Shown one piece after another: positions 50,666 to 64,000 of a stretch of 64,000 bases of DNA. The DNA is taken from assembly GCF_018350175.1 (NCBI RefSeq), contig NC_058373.1, positions 117,802,001 to 117,866,000 of the forward strand, written 5' to 3'. The notes under the pieces are model-generated. The model ran no database searches, was not told the origin of the DNA, and saw nothing but the letters and a program-made list of their open reading frames with translations. Position 1 is the first letter of the stretch. Every line of letters begins with the position of its first letter. This DNA is from Felis catus (lineage: Eukaryota). The position numbers were made by a program, and so were the translations under genes.

Positions 50666-52404
50666 GAAACGTCAGGCCATCCTAATGGAAGCTTCACAGC
50701 TGAGAGATACTTGGGACATTCTTTCTCCATATGCAAATGAGGTGAGCCTGAAGTTATCTGGCTTCTCCAGAGCCCAGGTTTAGGCAACTGAAAACAGATA
50801 TCCTACAGGTTCAAATCTTACTGAATTTTCCCAGTCATCCCATAAAGAGAAAAAATCACCTCAGCTCTCAAGATTTTCATATCTCCATCTGTGATATTCA
50901 CGCCTCTCTGCAAGACAAAGAACGCATCTCCCCCTTCTCTGAACGTCACAAGCTCCCTGAACACTGGGCCGTCAACAGACCACCCCAAGAGGATGAACCC
51001 TTCCTCGGCTGGTGCAGGAAATGAGCCTTTGGTGCTTATCAAGAATGCCATCACCTCACTCTCCAGAAGAATCTTCTAGGGAGTGGCTTTCAAACTTTGG
51101 TTTGTGTCAGAACTAGTGGGGGTGGGGGAGGCTGTGAAATCCTGATTCTGGAGGTCTGGCATGTGATCCAGACATCCGTATTTTTGACAGACACCCCCCC
51201 CCCCTTTCCGGTGATTCTGAGAAATATGAGACTCACTGGCCTGATGATGGCTCACCAACCTCCAAAGCAAGGGAGCCTTGCTTTGGACAAGAGAGCCTTG
51301 TGATGGTCTTTGACCATGTTCTAAGGGCAGAGCAGGAGAGCCCAGTTAACTGACTTTAACTCAGCTGGGTTTGCTCCTGAAACTTTTTCTCTGGCAGCCG
51401 GCGTGGATCAACCTAGCAGCACTGCCCTGTTGCAGGCTAGTCCCACAGAAGCCCTCATCCCTAACAAAACAACCGCGAGGCCTGCTTTAAGGCAAATGTA
51501 TGGAGAAGATCCTGACATTCTCTGAGTGGTCACTCTAGCAATAACTCTGACCTTCAACACATCGCCGGAAAGGCACCTTGGGGGCCAGGGTATTGCTTCA
51601 GGAAAGCCAAGCCAGATGAAGAATTTGAACCCTGAAACTCCTCTCATGACTTAAATGCCATGCAGTCTGATGTTCAGGCCTGCTAGACCCAATAAATCCC
51701 TTTTCCGGCATCTACTCCGGTGAAGACTTTTCAGGGACTTATTATGCAAAGCTGCCTAAGCAAGACGGAATTTATATTGAACCTGGCCATGATTTCCGAG
51801 CTGCCACTGGGTGTTCTGATGACATACACAACTCAGGGTCGAAGTCAAGGGGCCGCCAAGGACAAGAGACTGGAGACAGGAGGGAAAAAGGATGATTCCT
51901 TCCAGTAAATAATGGGGGTGTGGGGGTTGGTCAGGAAAGGGAGATGCTCCGGGGAGGAAGAAGACTGTAGCTTTTCTTGTATCCAAGGTTTGCCTTTCAA
52001 ATGGCAGCCAGACATGACAAAATAAATGTGTATGTGTAGAATGCAACCAACTTTCAAAAGTGGGGGAAAAAAAAAAGAGAGAGAGAGACTGCTTTATCTT
52101 AGGGTGAAGCACACCTAGAAAGAAAACACACACACATCACAGAAACTTCATTGATTGAGAACGGATTTTTAGTTTCCCTGGTTCACAGACTGAGTCCTCC
52201 CTGAAACCCCAGCTATGAGCTGGGCACCAATATGTTGTCCCCTGGGTGTGCCTGCCGGTAGAAGTGGACCATTGATTAGAGACAATTCTTGGACAAACAC
52301 ATCCTCAACCCCATCTTCGCTGCTGGAATACAAGGGCCTCAAGATTGCCCTCCCTGATAAAAAGAATATTGGCCTGGCATTTAAAACACAGCCACAAAGA
52401 ACAC

Positions 52405-53010
52405 ATCCTCTGTAGTCAATTCTCAACGCAGCAGTCCAAGTGATCTTTTTAAAATGGAAATCAGATCCTGACATTCTCCTCCTTAAATCCCCCCAATGGC
52501 TTTCACCGCACTCAAAATAAAATCCAAACTCCTTCCCGTAGCTATAGGCCCCCAGACTGTCTGGCTATGCCCACCTTTCCTACTTCCCCTGTCTCCTGCC
52601 CCCCTTACCTACTCAACTTCATCCTCACTACACTTCTCTATGTCCCTCTAATATGCCAGAATCATCTCACCTCAGGACCTTTGCATATGCTATTCCCTCT
52701 TTCTGGTATACAGTTCCCCCAGGTCTTCTCATGGCTGGCTTCTCCCCAGAAGAGTCTTCTTTGACCCACCCTAAGGCAGCCCACCTTACTCCACTCCTGC
52801 CCCAGTCCTTGCTATGTCTCATTCTATTTTGGTTTATTTTTGGGTTTTTTTTTTCCATCATACCACTATCAAACTTTTTCTGTTTTTTTTCTTTGCCTGC
52901 TGATTGTCTCTACATTATGAATTCCATGAGAGCAGCGTCGTTATTTCTCTTGTCTACCACTCTCTGAACCTAACACAGGGTCTGGCACATAGGGAATCGC
53001 TCGACATACA
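52405..53010 (+). mobile_element. L2 relic
   Basis: gcagccaagtgatctttttaaaatggaaatcagatc-like block ...cctcaggacctttgcatatgctattccctct...acacagggtctggcacatag. Confidence 0.7.
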
Positions 53011-54394
53011 ACACCAAACAAAGTCAGTGAAAGATCCAGGCTACCCGCAACAGACAACTTGAATGGTATGGAAGACAGGCCTTCCAGAGGACAAGAAGGT
53101 CAGTCCTAGGGGGAGGCCCCCAGCACAGGGAATGAGAGCGACACCACCCACGACCTTCTCACTTCTGATCCTCCCTGCCCAACACAGTCATCAGTGGCTT
53201 AGGGGCCCATTCTGCTGTCCGTGCTTGAATCCTGCTCATGACCCAACAATGCCACCTGCACACTATCAAACCTGGAGAGAAGTGTGGCCAAGAGGCTAAA
53301 TGATGCCCTTCATGACATCAGTCCTTCTTGTCCATGCCCAAAAAGAACATTCCAGGCCTCGTGCCGGCACTGTAAACTAGCAGTGCCAGAAGATGGTCCC
53401 CAAAGTACCTACTCCAGTTTCCTGAAAGGACGGGTCTCTAAATTAACCTCCTCTGCATGTTCTTTCCCAGAGAACTGATCCATGTCTCTTTCCAGAGCCC
53501 GGAGCCTACGGGTAGTGGCAGGGACAGGAGCAGGATAGGGGGTGGGGAAGCATTGCTTGACGGGAAATCAATGGGAACTTGAAGGTCATCCGGAGGGCGC
53601 TGTCTCCCCATCATGCACCTGCTGGGATGGGATTTGTGGTCCTGACCTCGCTTGGGGGCCTCTGCCCTCCTGTCAGAGTTGGTTAAAATCAGCCGGCAGA
53701 GGCAAACGCCCTGCAGACCAAATGATCTCCAGGCCGCCCTTCTAAGGGACATCAAGCCAAACAAAGAAGCACTGAGTCTCATTTAACCTGCCACAAGGTT
53801 GAGAGTCACCCCAATTTCTCCTGGTGGCCCTCTGAGAAAACCGCCTCAGGCCTGCTGGTTTGTGAGCCACACGCTTGTAAACCTTTTAACAAGGACAGAA
53901 CAAAGCCAGGTTGACCAAGAGGCTGGTCATGTTGCCAAATTTAAGTCCTCTGGTAGGGAAGACTGAAATATTCTGGGAAACTAACAAAGCCAAAACCAAA
54001 AGGTAAGTCACCCTAGAAATACCTAAAGCTGCCCTCATAACCTCCACATCCTGGGATAAGAACAAAAGATACCAGAACCTCCGTGCTGCTGAAGGGAAGT
54101 CTATTTTTCTTCCCAGCCCAACAATAGAAGGGGATGTGACTGTATTTAAAATCTGACCCTCCTTTCCTCGTGGAGCTATTTCCAAGTTCCCTCCCTCCCT
54201 CCCCGCACCTTCCCCCCTTCCCTGTCTTCTTCCCCCAATCCTTCCACCTCACCGAGAGTCACTTGACATACAGATCAGCCCACATCTCCAATCCAAAAGT
54301 TGAAGAAGAGTCGAATATGAAAATGAGGAAGAAACATCCTCGACATATTTATAGAAGGGTGACAAGATGGTGATAACAAAAATAACAGTGGCCT

Positions 54395-54620
54395 GGCTGC
54401 CGTTTATTGAGCATTTACTATGTGTGCCAGGTACTGTTCTAAGCACCTGACAGAGGATCTCGTTTCGTCCCCACACAACCCCCTCTGATTATTCCCCCTG
54501 ATTTCACAGATTAGGAAACTGAGGCACAGAGAGTTTTCGGTGATTTGCCTAGGGTGTTCGGGGCTGCTGCGAAGACCTAAGCCCAGGCAATTTCAGTCCA
54601 GAACCCTGTTCTTGGCCACG
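54395..54620 (-). mobile_element. MIR relic (one of many)
   Basis: tttattgagcatttactatgtgccaggtactgttctaagc...atttcacagattaggaaactgaggcacagagag core. Confidence 0.75.
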
Positions 54621-55210
54621 ACCCCAGCAGCCTCTCATGGCAACTGCGGCCCCTTCACCAAGATTGAGCCTCCAGAACTGGAATAGCCTAAACAACGCTT
54701 ACTTTTTTGGAGGCACCAGGTTTCTCTAAGAGCATCACCAAATTTGCTAGGCAGCCTTAGCCATTTTTCTTTTTTTGTGCCTCGGTTTCCCAAACGGCCA
54801 AACAGTCCCAGAAGCACTGTTAGTCACAGAGCCTGTCACAGAGCCACCTCTTAGTAACTCAAGAAGTAGGTTGGTTATGGAGCTGCCTGAAAAGATACCA
54901 TCAGAGAAATACAAAACGTTATTTTGTGGTTTAGAAACCAAATCCATCCCGAAGGTGAACAAGGGGTAATGGGCTTTGAGAGGCCCTGTGGCTCTCTGAA
55001 CATTGACTGAAGGGACAAAAAGGAAAATGCCAGATTACCATAAGAATCCCGGAGTGCTCAAGATTGTCTAATGTGATGCGTTTGTTGTACTGCAAGGAAA
55101 ACCAATAACCAGAGAGGTGAAGTCATTTCCTCCAGTCACACCGGGGCAGGGCTGAGATTAGATCCTCACTGTCCAGGCCCCGAGTTCCAGGAATTCTCCA
55201 CTGTTTACAG

Positions 55211-55423
55211 CAGGGGCTTGCAAATGACAGCCCCTGGGCCAAATGTAGCCCCCACAAATTCCTATAAATAAAGTTTCATTGGAAGACAGCCATGCGCATT
55301 GATTCACATGTGGTCTGGGCTGCTTTCACACCGCAGTGGTAGCACTGAGGAGTTCCAACAGTGACTGCGTGGCCTGCGAAGCCTTCTGGACCTTTACAGA
55401 AAAAAAAAGTTTGCCAACTCCTG
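55211..55423 (+). mobile_element. MER58A-like hAT-Charlie MITE
   Basis: Imperfect terminal inverted repeats caggggcttgcaaa / tttgccaactcctg; 8-bp hAT-type TSD gtttacag (55203-55210) / gtttacaa (55424-55431). Confidence 0.88.
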
Positions 55424-58305
55424 GTTTACAACCTAAGTCTCAAATGATGAAAAGACTCCGCCCTTGGAAGGAAAGAAAACAGAACGGGGGGCCGAGAGTC
55501 CCACAGCTCAAGTGGACCATTTCCCAATTATCCCAGCTTGGTACAACTTAATAAAAACCCATAAATACAGTTAACAATAAGGAAAACAAGCACTAGCTCA
55601 CCCTACCTATTTAATAATTATTGTTAACTACAGCATGCAAAACTCATCACTGGAAATTACTTCTTTTTCTAGCCTCTCTCGAAAGCCCTTTTTTATTAGA
55701 AAACGCTGTTGGCCAATGGGCGAAACGTGCTTCCTACAGTTGCAGAGGCCTCACTGCCTCCTGTTGAGTGAAAATGGGGACACTGAGAGCACTGTCCCCT
55801 CCCTGGGGTGCTCCCTGTCAAACAGGATGGTGTCTAAACCCTCCTCGGCCTCTCATTCCAAGTAACATTATGAGGAACCACGAGGCACAGGAGAGGGTCT
55901 TGTTCAGACTTTTGCCCCCCTGCCTCCCTCATCCTCTCTCTCCTCTCCAGAATGTACCCAAGAGGCAGCATAAGGCTCACAGATGCATCCCAGCCCTTGC
56001 TGTTTGGGTAAGGACATGCTACCGTGTCCTGGAGTGGAGAGATGGGGCTTGGCCCCTGAGAGACCCATGTGGGAATCAAGGATAGACCTCACTCAGTGCC
56101 AGGTCGAAGTCGGAACTTGGTCACTGTGGATCTTCAGCAGGTCTCTCCACCCCTCTGGGCCCCAGGCTCCACCTGTCAAATGTCTCTAGAGAATTATCTT
56201 CACATGTTCCAAATGATGGAAATATGCACAGAGTCATATTAGCGGGTGAGGCAAGGCAGCCACACAGCACCCAAGGATCCAATATCACCAGGATTAAACC
56301 ATCCTCAGAATTATGGAAGCTAGAGAAGCTTATATTTATCAGCATTATCTCAGGCAGAGAACTTTGATAAATAGCACCCGTTTTGCATGGAACAGTCCCA
56401 GTTCACATCAAGGTGCAGGCATCATTATTAATAACTCCTGCTTTGCCTCTCAAAAATGCCCTTGCTTGGCTGATAAATGATAAGGTCACTCTACTGATAA
56501 GCCGTTGGGGGTCAGAGAGAGGTAAGAGCCCCGCCCCCCCAAACATGGTCAGCGAACGCAGTAAATGGGCTTCTAAGAAGCCACATCCAGTTGGGTCAAG
56601 AGTTAGGGCACAGGTCTGGGGCCAGAACTGAGTAACTCGGGTCAACACAGGAGAGACCTGCCCTCCTTCTCCAGCTGTGCCCCATCAGGCCTTCTGCCTC
56701 TTTTTATGGTTGTTAAACAAATACTTAGAGAATGTCAGCCAAAGTGCGAGCTCCCTGGGAGGCCCACAGGCTTGGGGCAAAGAGGGGGCTTTGGAAAGGG
56801 CGATGAGCGGGAGAGGTGCCAACAGGTGCCTACTACCTGCCTGCTGTGCTGAGCACTTGACCTTCCTCCTCTTCATCTCTGGGACCAGGTACGGGCCTGG
56901 CCCTTCACGGAGCCTGGCGCTGACCCAACAGCACTCAGTAAGCGCTCATTCTGAGGACCTGGACCCAGGAGAAGCTGGGGGCTTCCTTCCGTTCTTTGAA
57001 ACTCTTCCCCGCAGGGGCTGCACCTCTGTGCCTCTCCCACCAATCCTGCTGAACTGTAAGGGTGCAGGGGGGCATGCTATGCTCTGGGACCTCCATCATT
57101 TAGAGAGCCAAGAAGTGAGTGAAAAGAAGGGTCCAGAAGAGCCAACTTGAGCTGTAGGCCAAGGCCTGCAGGGGAGGAAGGCCGGACAGGCAGCTGATCA
57201 GAGGAAAGGCAACAAAGAAGGAAAAGGAGGGGGAAGGAAGAGGTGGGGGACAGGAGTCAATATCAGTGGAGGGAGGGCAGCCTCCAGCACATGCCCCACA
57301 GCCATCAATATCTCTTCTGAGGACAGGTTATCTGGGGAATTTATGCTCTCTAATAATTACCTTGCAGAGGGTTCCACTTATCTTACCACAAGAATCTGCC
57401 AGTTGCCAGACACACAGGGTTCTGGTTAATTCCATCCACCCTGCCATCCACCTCGTCCTCCCAGCTCCCCAGCTCCTGTGCTCTGACCTCTAACCTCTCC
57501 TTTTCTCTCTGGCCTAGAGGAAGCCGAGGGTAGAAGAGTGCCAACCACTTGCAGCAGATATAAGGGCCCCCAGGAGCTGACAGAGGGACTTGGGGGGCTC
57601 TCCCTAACTGACAGATATGAGAGGTAAGGGGGCCCGGCCTGGGGATGTGCACATGGCTGTAAAAGGCTACGTGGGAAGGGCAGAAGCACCGATATGATCG
57701 CTTTCGTCTTCACCTGATGCTATCAGATCTAGTTAGCATTAATTTCATTTTCTTGTCTCCACAGCCCTCCTCAGAGCCTTCCCTTCCCTCCTCCAGCCCT
57801 TGAGGAGGGCCAATAACGGTCGGGCCGCTTACTCAATAACCATCATATGCCGCCCTCGGTGGTCGGGATCTCTTTGAACACATGTCTCGGACCCAACCGT
57901 GAGCTCCTTGCAGACAGAGCCCTTGGCTCCCGGTTCTGGCAGCGGGGCTACCCCTGAGCCTCAGCAATGACAGTACGACCAGCTAGCCTCTGCTGTGGGC
58001 CAGGCTCCCTTTTAAGTGCCTTAGAAAGAATAATGCACTTCATCTTTGCAGCAACCCCATGAGAGAGACGCTGTTACTGTTCCCCCCTGACAGAGAGGAG
58101 GACACTCAGCTCCAGTCGGAGGCCCAGGGCCACGTGGGGAGCAGTCAAGTCAGGAGTGGAACCAGGCGTTCTCATCTCAGAGCCTGGACTCTTCAACACT
58201 ACACTCGGCACCACCTTGGCAGTAAATGTCTGCTGATCCCCTGGAACATCTTATACCACACCTACCCACTTATTTATGCCACGCTGTTCTAAAAGAATAA
58301 TTTTT

Positions 58306-58512
58306 TTGAAGGTCTATTTACTTTTGAGAGAGAGGGAAAGAGACAGAGCGTGAGCAGGGGAGGGGCAGAGAGAGGGAGACACAGAATCCGAAGTAGGTTC
58401 CAGGCTGTGAGGTAACAGCACAGAGCCCGTCGCGGGGCTCGAACCCACGAACCGCAAGATCGTGACCTGAGCCGAAGTCGGACGCTTAACCGACTGAGCC
58501 ACCCAGCTGCCC
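58306..58512 (-). mobile_element. Can-SINE
   Basis: 17-bp TSD ctaaaagaataattttt at 58289-58305 and 58513-58529. Confidence 0.95.
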
Positions 58513-61106
58513 CTAAAAGAATAATTTTTGTTAAAGTAATAATAATACCAGCCAACAACTCGGGGTCCCTGAGCATGCATAGGTAGGTGCCAGTCACGGG
58601 CTAAGAACTTTCCACTGAGTCCTCATGTCCACGTAGGGGCAGCTGCTATTACCCCAAGCCACCTCTCTGCCCCAGAAACACCAGCCTCAGGGCCTTGGCA
58701 CCCGCAGGGCCCTGTCCAGGAACATTCTCCTCATCTCTACAGAGCACTGCTTCTTCTCTGTGAGCTCTGCACTCCCCTGCCTCCTTGAGGTCTTCCCCAA
58801 ACCCCTTCTGTACAGTATTTGCTCTTTCTTTACCTACCCCCCCCCAACCCCCTGGTTTCTGGTCTTTTTAGCACTTTGCCAACCCCAAAACTCATTTTAT
58901 TAATCTTTACTTACTACCTGTCTCTCCACACTAGATACAGAAGCTCCCTGGGAGACAGACTGGTCTAGTTTGTTCACCTCTGCATTCCCAGTGACTAGGG
59001 GTACCTGACATACAGTCGTCGGATACATAATATCCCCACTGGGCCTTACACAATACTCGTGGCCTGCTCAGCTGGACCTCTGTCAAAGCCCTCTATCTGC
59101 CCTATCTCCACTTACCCAGTTCCAGTGTCCCAGGCATCCTGCAGCGTATTTTAGTATTTCGTGGCACCCCACTACAAGGTAGAAAATAGTATCTTTATCA
59201 TTCCCACGTCACAGATGAGGAAACAGGCCTAGAGAGGTGAAACAGCCGGCCCGAGACCACACAGAAGTGGGGTAAAATCAGTCCCCATTCTGTCTGCCTC
59301 CTCAAGGCCGTGATATTAATCATTCTGCCACAGAGCCTCTGGCTGGGTCCCCTGGGTAACTCAACTCTCTTCACCCATGTACCCCTAAATATCCCCCGCC
59401 TTCCTTCTCCCCTAGCCCTTGCTTCTCTGTGCCAATTCTCTTCCGCTGGCCCTTCCAGGCTCTCTCTCTGCACCACTCTTCTCCCAGCTCTGTGCCCCCA
59501 GGAGCATGTCCCACAGGGTCAGCCGCTTGCCATCTTCCCTTTGCTTCTGCAGCCTGGGTCAACGGTGAATGCCAGCAGCAGGTCAGAGGGAGGAGGGAAG
59601 AGAACAAGATGGGGCATTTACTCCCCCGGCCGCTTCCCTCGCCGGGTCTACTGAAGGTCACAGCTCCCGTCAGGAAGCCCTCTCCATAACGGCTCCCCTC
59701 TCCCCTTGACCTAGCCCCCAGGGTACTGCGCTATCTTACCTCGTACATTCCCCTGCCCACACTTTTATAAATAGCCATCTTATTACACACACCTCAGTTT
59801 ACTCTGTTGGAATCTTCCACTTTCTGCCGGAACTCTGGCTCTCCACCACACAAATGCCACCTGGCCTCTCTGCCCCCTCCGGCCCCCCACCACTGTCATT
59901 GCCCCCTGCCCCCCTGCCCCCTGCCCCCTGCAGCTGCCTCGGTCAGGCCCTTCTCCACTGCCTGCACTGTTGTCTCCCTCCAAGACCTATAAATAAATGT
60001 TGATTTGCTGGCTTGAAGGACTGCCCTGGCAGCCTGCACTCTTTCCCTGGGCTCCACTAGCCCCTTTGCTAACCGGGGAAAGAGGGGAGCACCAGGGAAG
60101 CCCTACAAGTACACAAGAAGCAGTCCACCCGTGACTAGAATGACAGCAGAGGTCATCAGGTCCAAGGCGGGGGCCCCCTTTGCTAGGATCAGGCTTGTCC
60201 TGTGCAGGGGTGCTGGGAGGACTTCACAGGCGGTGTGCTGTTAGCGCAAACAAAGCCGACCTCGCGGCCTCGATAATCGTCGTACAATTTGTCAAGCAAC
60301 TGCCCTGTGGCGGGTACCGTACTCGCGGTTTACATGAACAGATGAGGAAACTAAGGCTCAGAGAGGACAGGGAGTTTAACCAGCGCCACAGAGCTGCTCA
60401 GCGGCAGAGCTGGGATTAGAGCACAGCTCGGCCCAAATCCACAGACTTCTTCTCCCACCGGTCCACACTGCCCGACGGCCAATCCCTTCCTTCTGTAGGA
60501 GGGCCACGTGCTCAAACCTAGGCAGGCAGCTCAGAGACACGGGCCAGCCGTGACCGGAAGAGGGTCATGCGGATGGGGTGTGGGGTAGGAAAAAGAGTGT
60601 GGAGGGCCCCGTGCCGCCTACAGTCACTCCGTCCCAGGGGCACACAGAGTCACTTGGCCACAGCAGTCACAGCCAGCCCCAGGGGCCTGGAACATGCCCC
60701 CACTGCTCCTTCCTGCAGAGCCAGCAGGGAGCCATGCGCTTGTCCTTGGGCGCACACCAGCATGTCAACAAAACACGCCCGCAGGCCCTAGCCCGGGACA
60801 GTCACAAGGAAACTCTGAAGGGCAGGGCAGAGGGACCAGGCAGCGACAAAAAGGGAGGAAGGCTTCCTGCTTCAGGACCTGGAGCTGAGCTGCGCTTCCT
60901 CGAGTGCTCCCTACGGCCAAAATTTATGCTCCCCTTAACACAATTCAAGGACTAAGGGGTTTTGTTTTGTCTTTTTTTTGGAAGGCGATAGAAAAAGAAA
61001 GAAAAAAAAAAAAACAAATTTCTCGTGTTAGGAGTATTTTTTTTTTTTTTTTTTTTTTTTAGTGTTAGGAGTATTCTTGAAGGCAAACATCGTCACTCGT
61101 GAGGAC

Positions 61107-61108
<2 letters not shown>

Positions 61109-61147
<39 letters not shown>
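61109..61147. repeat. (CA)n microsatellite
   Basis: Directly visible. Confidence 0.95.
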
Positions 61148-61148
<1 letters not shown>

Positions 61149-63309
61149 CCAGCTCTGGCGCCACCCAGCCCCAAACAGCCTTCACTTCAGTACTGGCCCT
61201 CCTGGGCTCCTGGAGAACCCGGCTCTGCACAGCCCCCTGACCTCCGCCCACGTGACTGCTGGCCGGCTCGAGCTCCCCAGAGTAACAAAGCACTCCCAGG
61301 ACCCGGCAGCAGTGACACCTGCTACTGCAGACCATCCCACCCCCACCAAGCTCGGGTGTCGCCGTGGCCCTGTCTGATGTGTCCTGACAGGACAAGGTCC
61401 AATTAGCAGAGGCCGCTTCCAGTGCCCCAGCATGAGATGGGGCCCAAATCTCCAGAGCTGTCCTGAACCTCCTCTCCCCCCAGCCCCTCCAAATCTTAAA
61501 TCACTGATGTGACACCTCTAGGTGAATGGCTTCTTACGGCGTTGCATGGACTGGGAAACACCCAGAACAGACAGTGACCTTTAAAATAAAACAAAGACGA
61601 AAACAAAATACTGCTGAAATACAAAACTGAGTTCCGTCCTAAAATCTGTGCAGTCCTGGAATCTGAGTCCTCTCGCTCCAGGCAAAAACACTGTCTATCC
61701 CTCCCCTTAAACACCAAAAACTGAATCTCCCCTAAAGATAGGAGGTTGGCGAACATGATTAGACCCAATTAATATATGGAGAAACTGAGAACAAAAGAAG
61801 GAAAATCAATAGAATTTCCTTGCTCTGACCACCGCTACAAATGAAGTAATAACTTGAGAGGGATCTGAAGAAGAAGGAAACCAAAAGTGTCAGACAAGAG
61901 CCGTGGGGCAATTTAACAAAGCTGCAGCAGCCCGTAGGAACCGGCCAGGCAAAGACCGCCAAGGCTGACAAGACGTTCCTGGGGATGGTGGGAGGGGGAG
62001 ACAGCTGGGGTCACTAGCCTTCTATTCATTACATAGCATGAGGCTCATCAGTGGTAAATTCTCGTCTCTCTCACAAAAGCAAGACACAAAAGAAAGCAAA
62101 AGGGAAGAAGCATCTGCACAAGCTGCCATATATTAGGGACACTGGTAATTTCTAGACAGGCAAAGGCCATAGGGGACCCCTGCCGCTTCACACTAAGTGT
62201 ATGTCTATCACCACGCCCCTCCTCCCCTTCTCTCTCATCCCTGTTCAGGGAGGGAAGAAAGGAAATTATCAAGCCTGTACCCATCGCCCACCCTGGATCA
62301 CCAGCTGGGCCATGTGGAGCATCCAAAGGTGGGGGGTGGGAAGCCCCAGGGGAAAGGGAGATCTCCAGAGATCACCATCCCTACCTCCTGCTCGGTGCCT
62401 GGGGCTCCGCTGGATAGAAGGCACCGCCAAATTCAACAAGAATTTAGCTGGGCCTCCCCACAAGTCCAGATGGGAGATGCTAAGTGAGATAGCCAGCTCC
62501 ACGCTATCTTTGTACCTGCAGGAGTAAATTCCTTGCTGTCCAGCTGGGTTTTCTGGTAGCCCCTCTGTCTACCCTGCTGCCTCTGGGTGGGGTTCATAAA
62601 GGTGCCCCTGGCCTGAGCGACAGTCATTCGTTCACTTAGGCAGCAGACGTTTAAAAAGCGCCTCATCCGGGCCGTAGCGCACACGTGAGAGGCAGCACAC
62701 CATTTAAGGGAGCGGCAAGGGTGCTGGGTTTGAATCCTGGCCCCTCGTTCACTTGCTGTGCCATCTGTGGACCTCTCTGAGGTTCACTTCCCTCATCTGC
62801 AAAGCGGGGGTGATTATAGGACCCTCCTCCTCGGATCACTGAGAACCGATGATATAACCTCACTGTGAGTGATCAGTCAACAGTAGCTGTTGTTACTCTG
62901 ACATGGGCTCCCACCTTCCACTGGCTGCTACCATCAGTGGTGGGAAAACACGGCTCCCGAGTTAACTCCCAGATAGTATCGTCTGTTCCACGGGCTTCTC
63001 TGTCCACAGAGACAGAGCAGAGTGTATCAAAAACTAAAACAGCTCAATGCCATCGGCTCAGATTGCCCCACCACCACCACCAGTCAGCTGTCTAGCCAGC
63101 AGGGTTAGTGGTCAGAAGCACAATCATGAGTGTGTTGATGATTCAGTACAAAACCACCCCCACCCGCAGAAACCTAACTCCAGCAGAGATCTGCCCGGGA
63201 GTGGGTAGAGGGCACCTGCCCCCTTTGTTTAAAGGGCACCGGGTCACGAAGGAAGAGGAGTCTTAGCTGGAACTTTAGAATATTCCAACAGGACATGTGG
63301 AAAGGCGGT

Positions 63310-63805
63310 TGTGTTGGTCTCGTATTGCTGCTGTTAACAAATTACCACAAACCTGATGGTTTAAAACAACACAAACTTACTATCTTATAGTTCTGGAGGT
63401 CAGAAGCCCAAAATGAGTTGCAGACGGTTAAAATCAAGGTGTTGGCGGGGATGCTTTCCTTCCGGAAGCTCTGGGGGAGAATGGGTTTCCTCGTCTTTTC
63501 CAGCTTCTAGAGGCTGCAAACATTCATTCCTTGCTTTGTGAAATTCCCTCACCTCCACTGTGTCACTTAGACTTCTGCGTCCATTGTCGTATGGCTGCCT
63601 CTGACTCTGACCTTCCAGACTCCCTCGTATAAGGCCCCCTGTGATTATATTGGGCCCACCCATATACTCCAAGATAATCTCCCCACCTCCAAGTCCTTGA
63701 TTCAATCATACCTGCGAAGTCCCTTTCCTTGTAAGGTAATGTCTTCACAGATTCCAGGGATTAGGACACAGACATCTTAGAGGGGTTCCTATTCTGTCTA
63801 CCAAA
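63310..63805 (-). mobile_element. MaLR solo LTR (MLT1-type)
   Basis: tattgctgctgttaacaaattaccacaaacctgatggtttaaaacaacac...ccagcttctagaggctgc...gataatctccccacctc; same family as 33184-33655. Confidence 0.88.
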
Positions 63806-64000
63806 GGTGGGTTCTGCTGAAAAATGCACTCGAGAATTGTTACAGCAACGGTGAGGGATTGGAGGAAATAAGGTTCTGCCCTGAGCTCAAGAATACTGAA
63901 AACATCCTACTTGGCAGCAAAAATCTAATTTAAGCACAAAGTGTGTGGTGCCTAAGAGACATGTCGGGGTGAACTTCTATTTCCCCAACTGAAATACTAC

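Larger units (their letters stand above)
43348..64000 (-). other. DPF3: DPF3 intron upstream of exon 2 (3' part; first exon not in window)
   Basis: No DPF3 N-terminus (MATVIHNPLKA-like) or other coding exon seen; ends in the exon-2 acceptor. Confidence 0.8.

Overview
Mammalian genomic DNA, almost certainly from a cat-family (felid) genome, judging by the feline-type Can-SINEs. The whole window lies inside the DPF3 (BAF45c/CERD4) gene on the minus strand. Three coding exons are identifiable, all with canonical AG/GT boundaries and continuous frame: 43347-43187 (161 nt), 22807-22700 (108 nt) and 4923-4796 (128 nt), which most likely are exons 2-4 encoding the N-terminal Requiem domain. The first exon and the C2H2/double-PHD exons lie outside the window. 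The rest is intron containing 19 Can-SINEs (many with intact target-site duplications, TSDs), a ~12.5 kb nested L1 block (30030-42540), young 5'-truncated L1 ends, MaLR/ERVL LTRs, hAT-Charlie MITEs, L2/MIR relics and microsatellites. Apart from the three ORFs that contain these exons, the ORF track is repeat-derived or chance. I found no support for a new gene or new biological system. The best second-look items are a TSD-bounded L1 3' transduction (24881-25210), a poly(A)-only insertion (61025-61075), a 95-bp tandem duplication (9639-9828), the multi-level L1 nest, and three muscle/neural-type motif clusters that may be intronic enhancers. Repeat subfamily names come from recalled consensus features, not from a database search.
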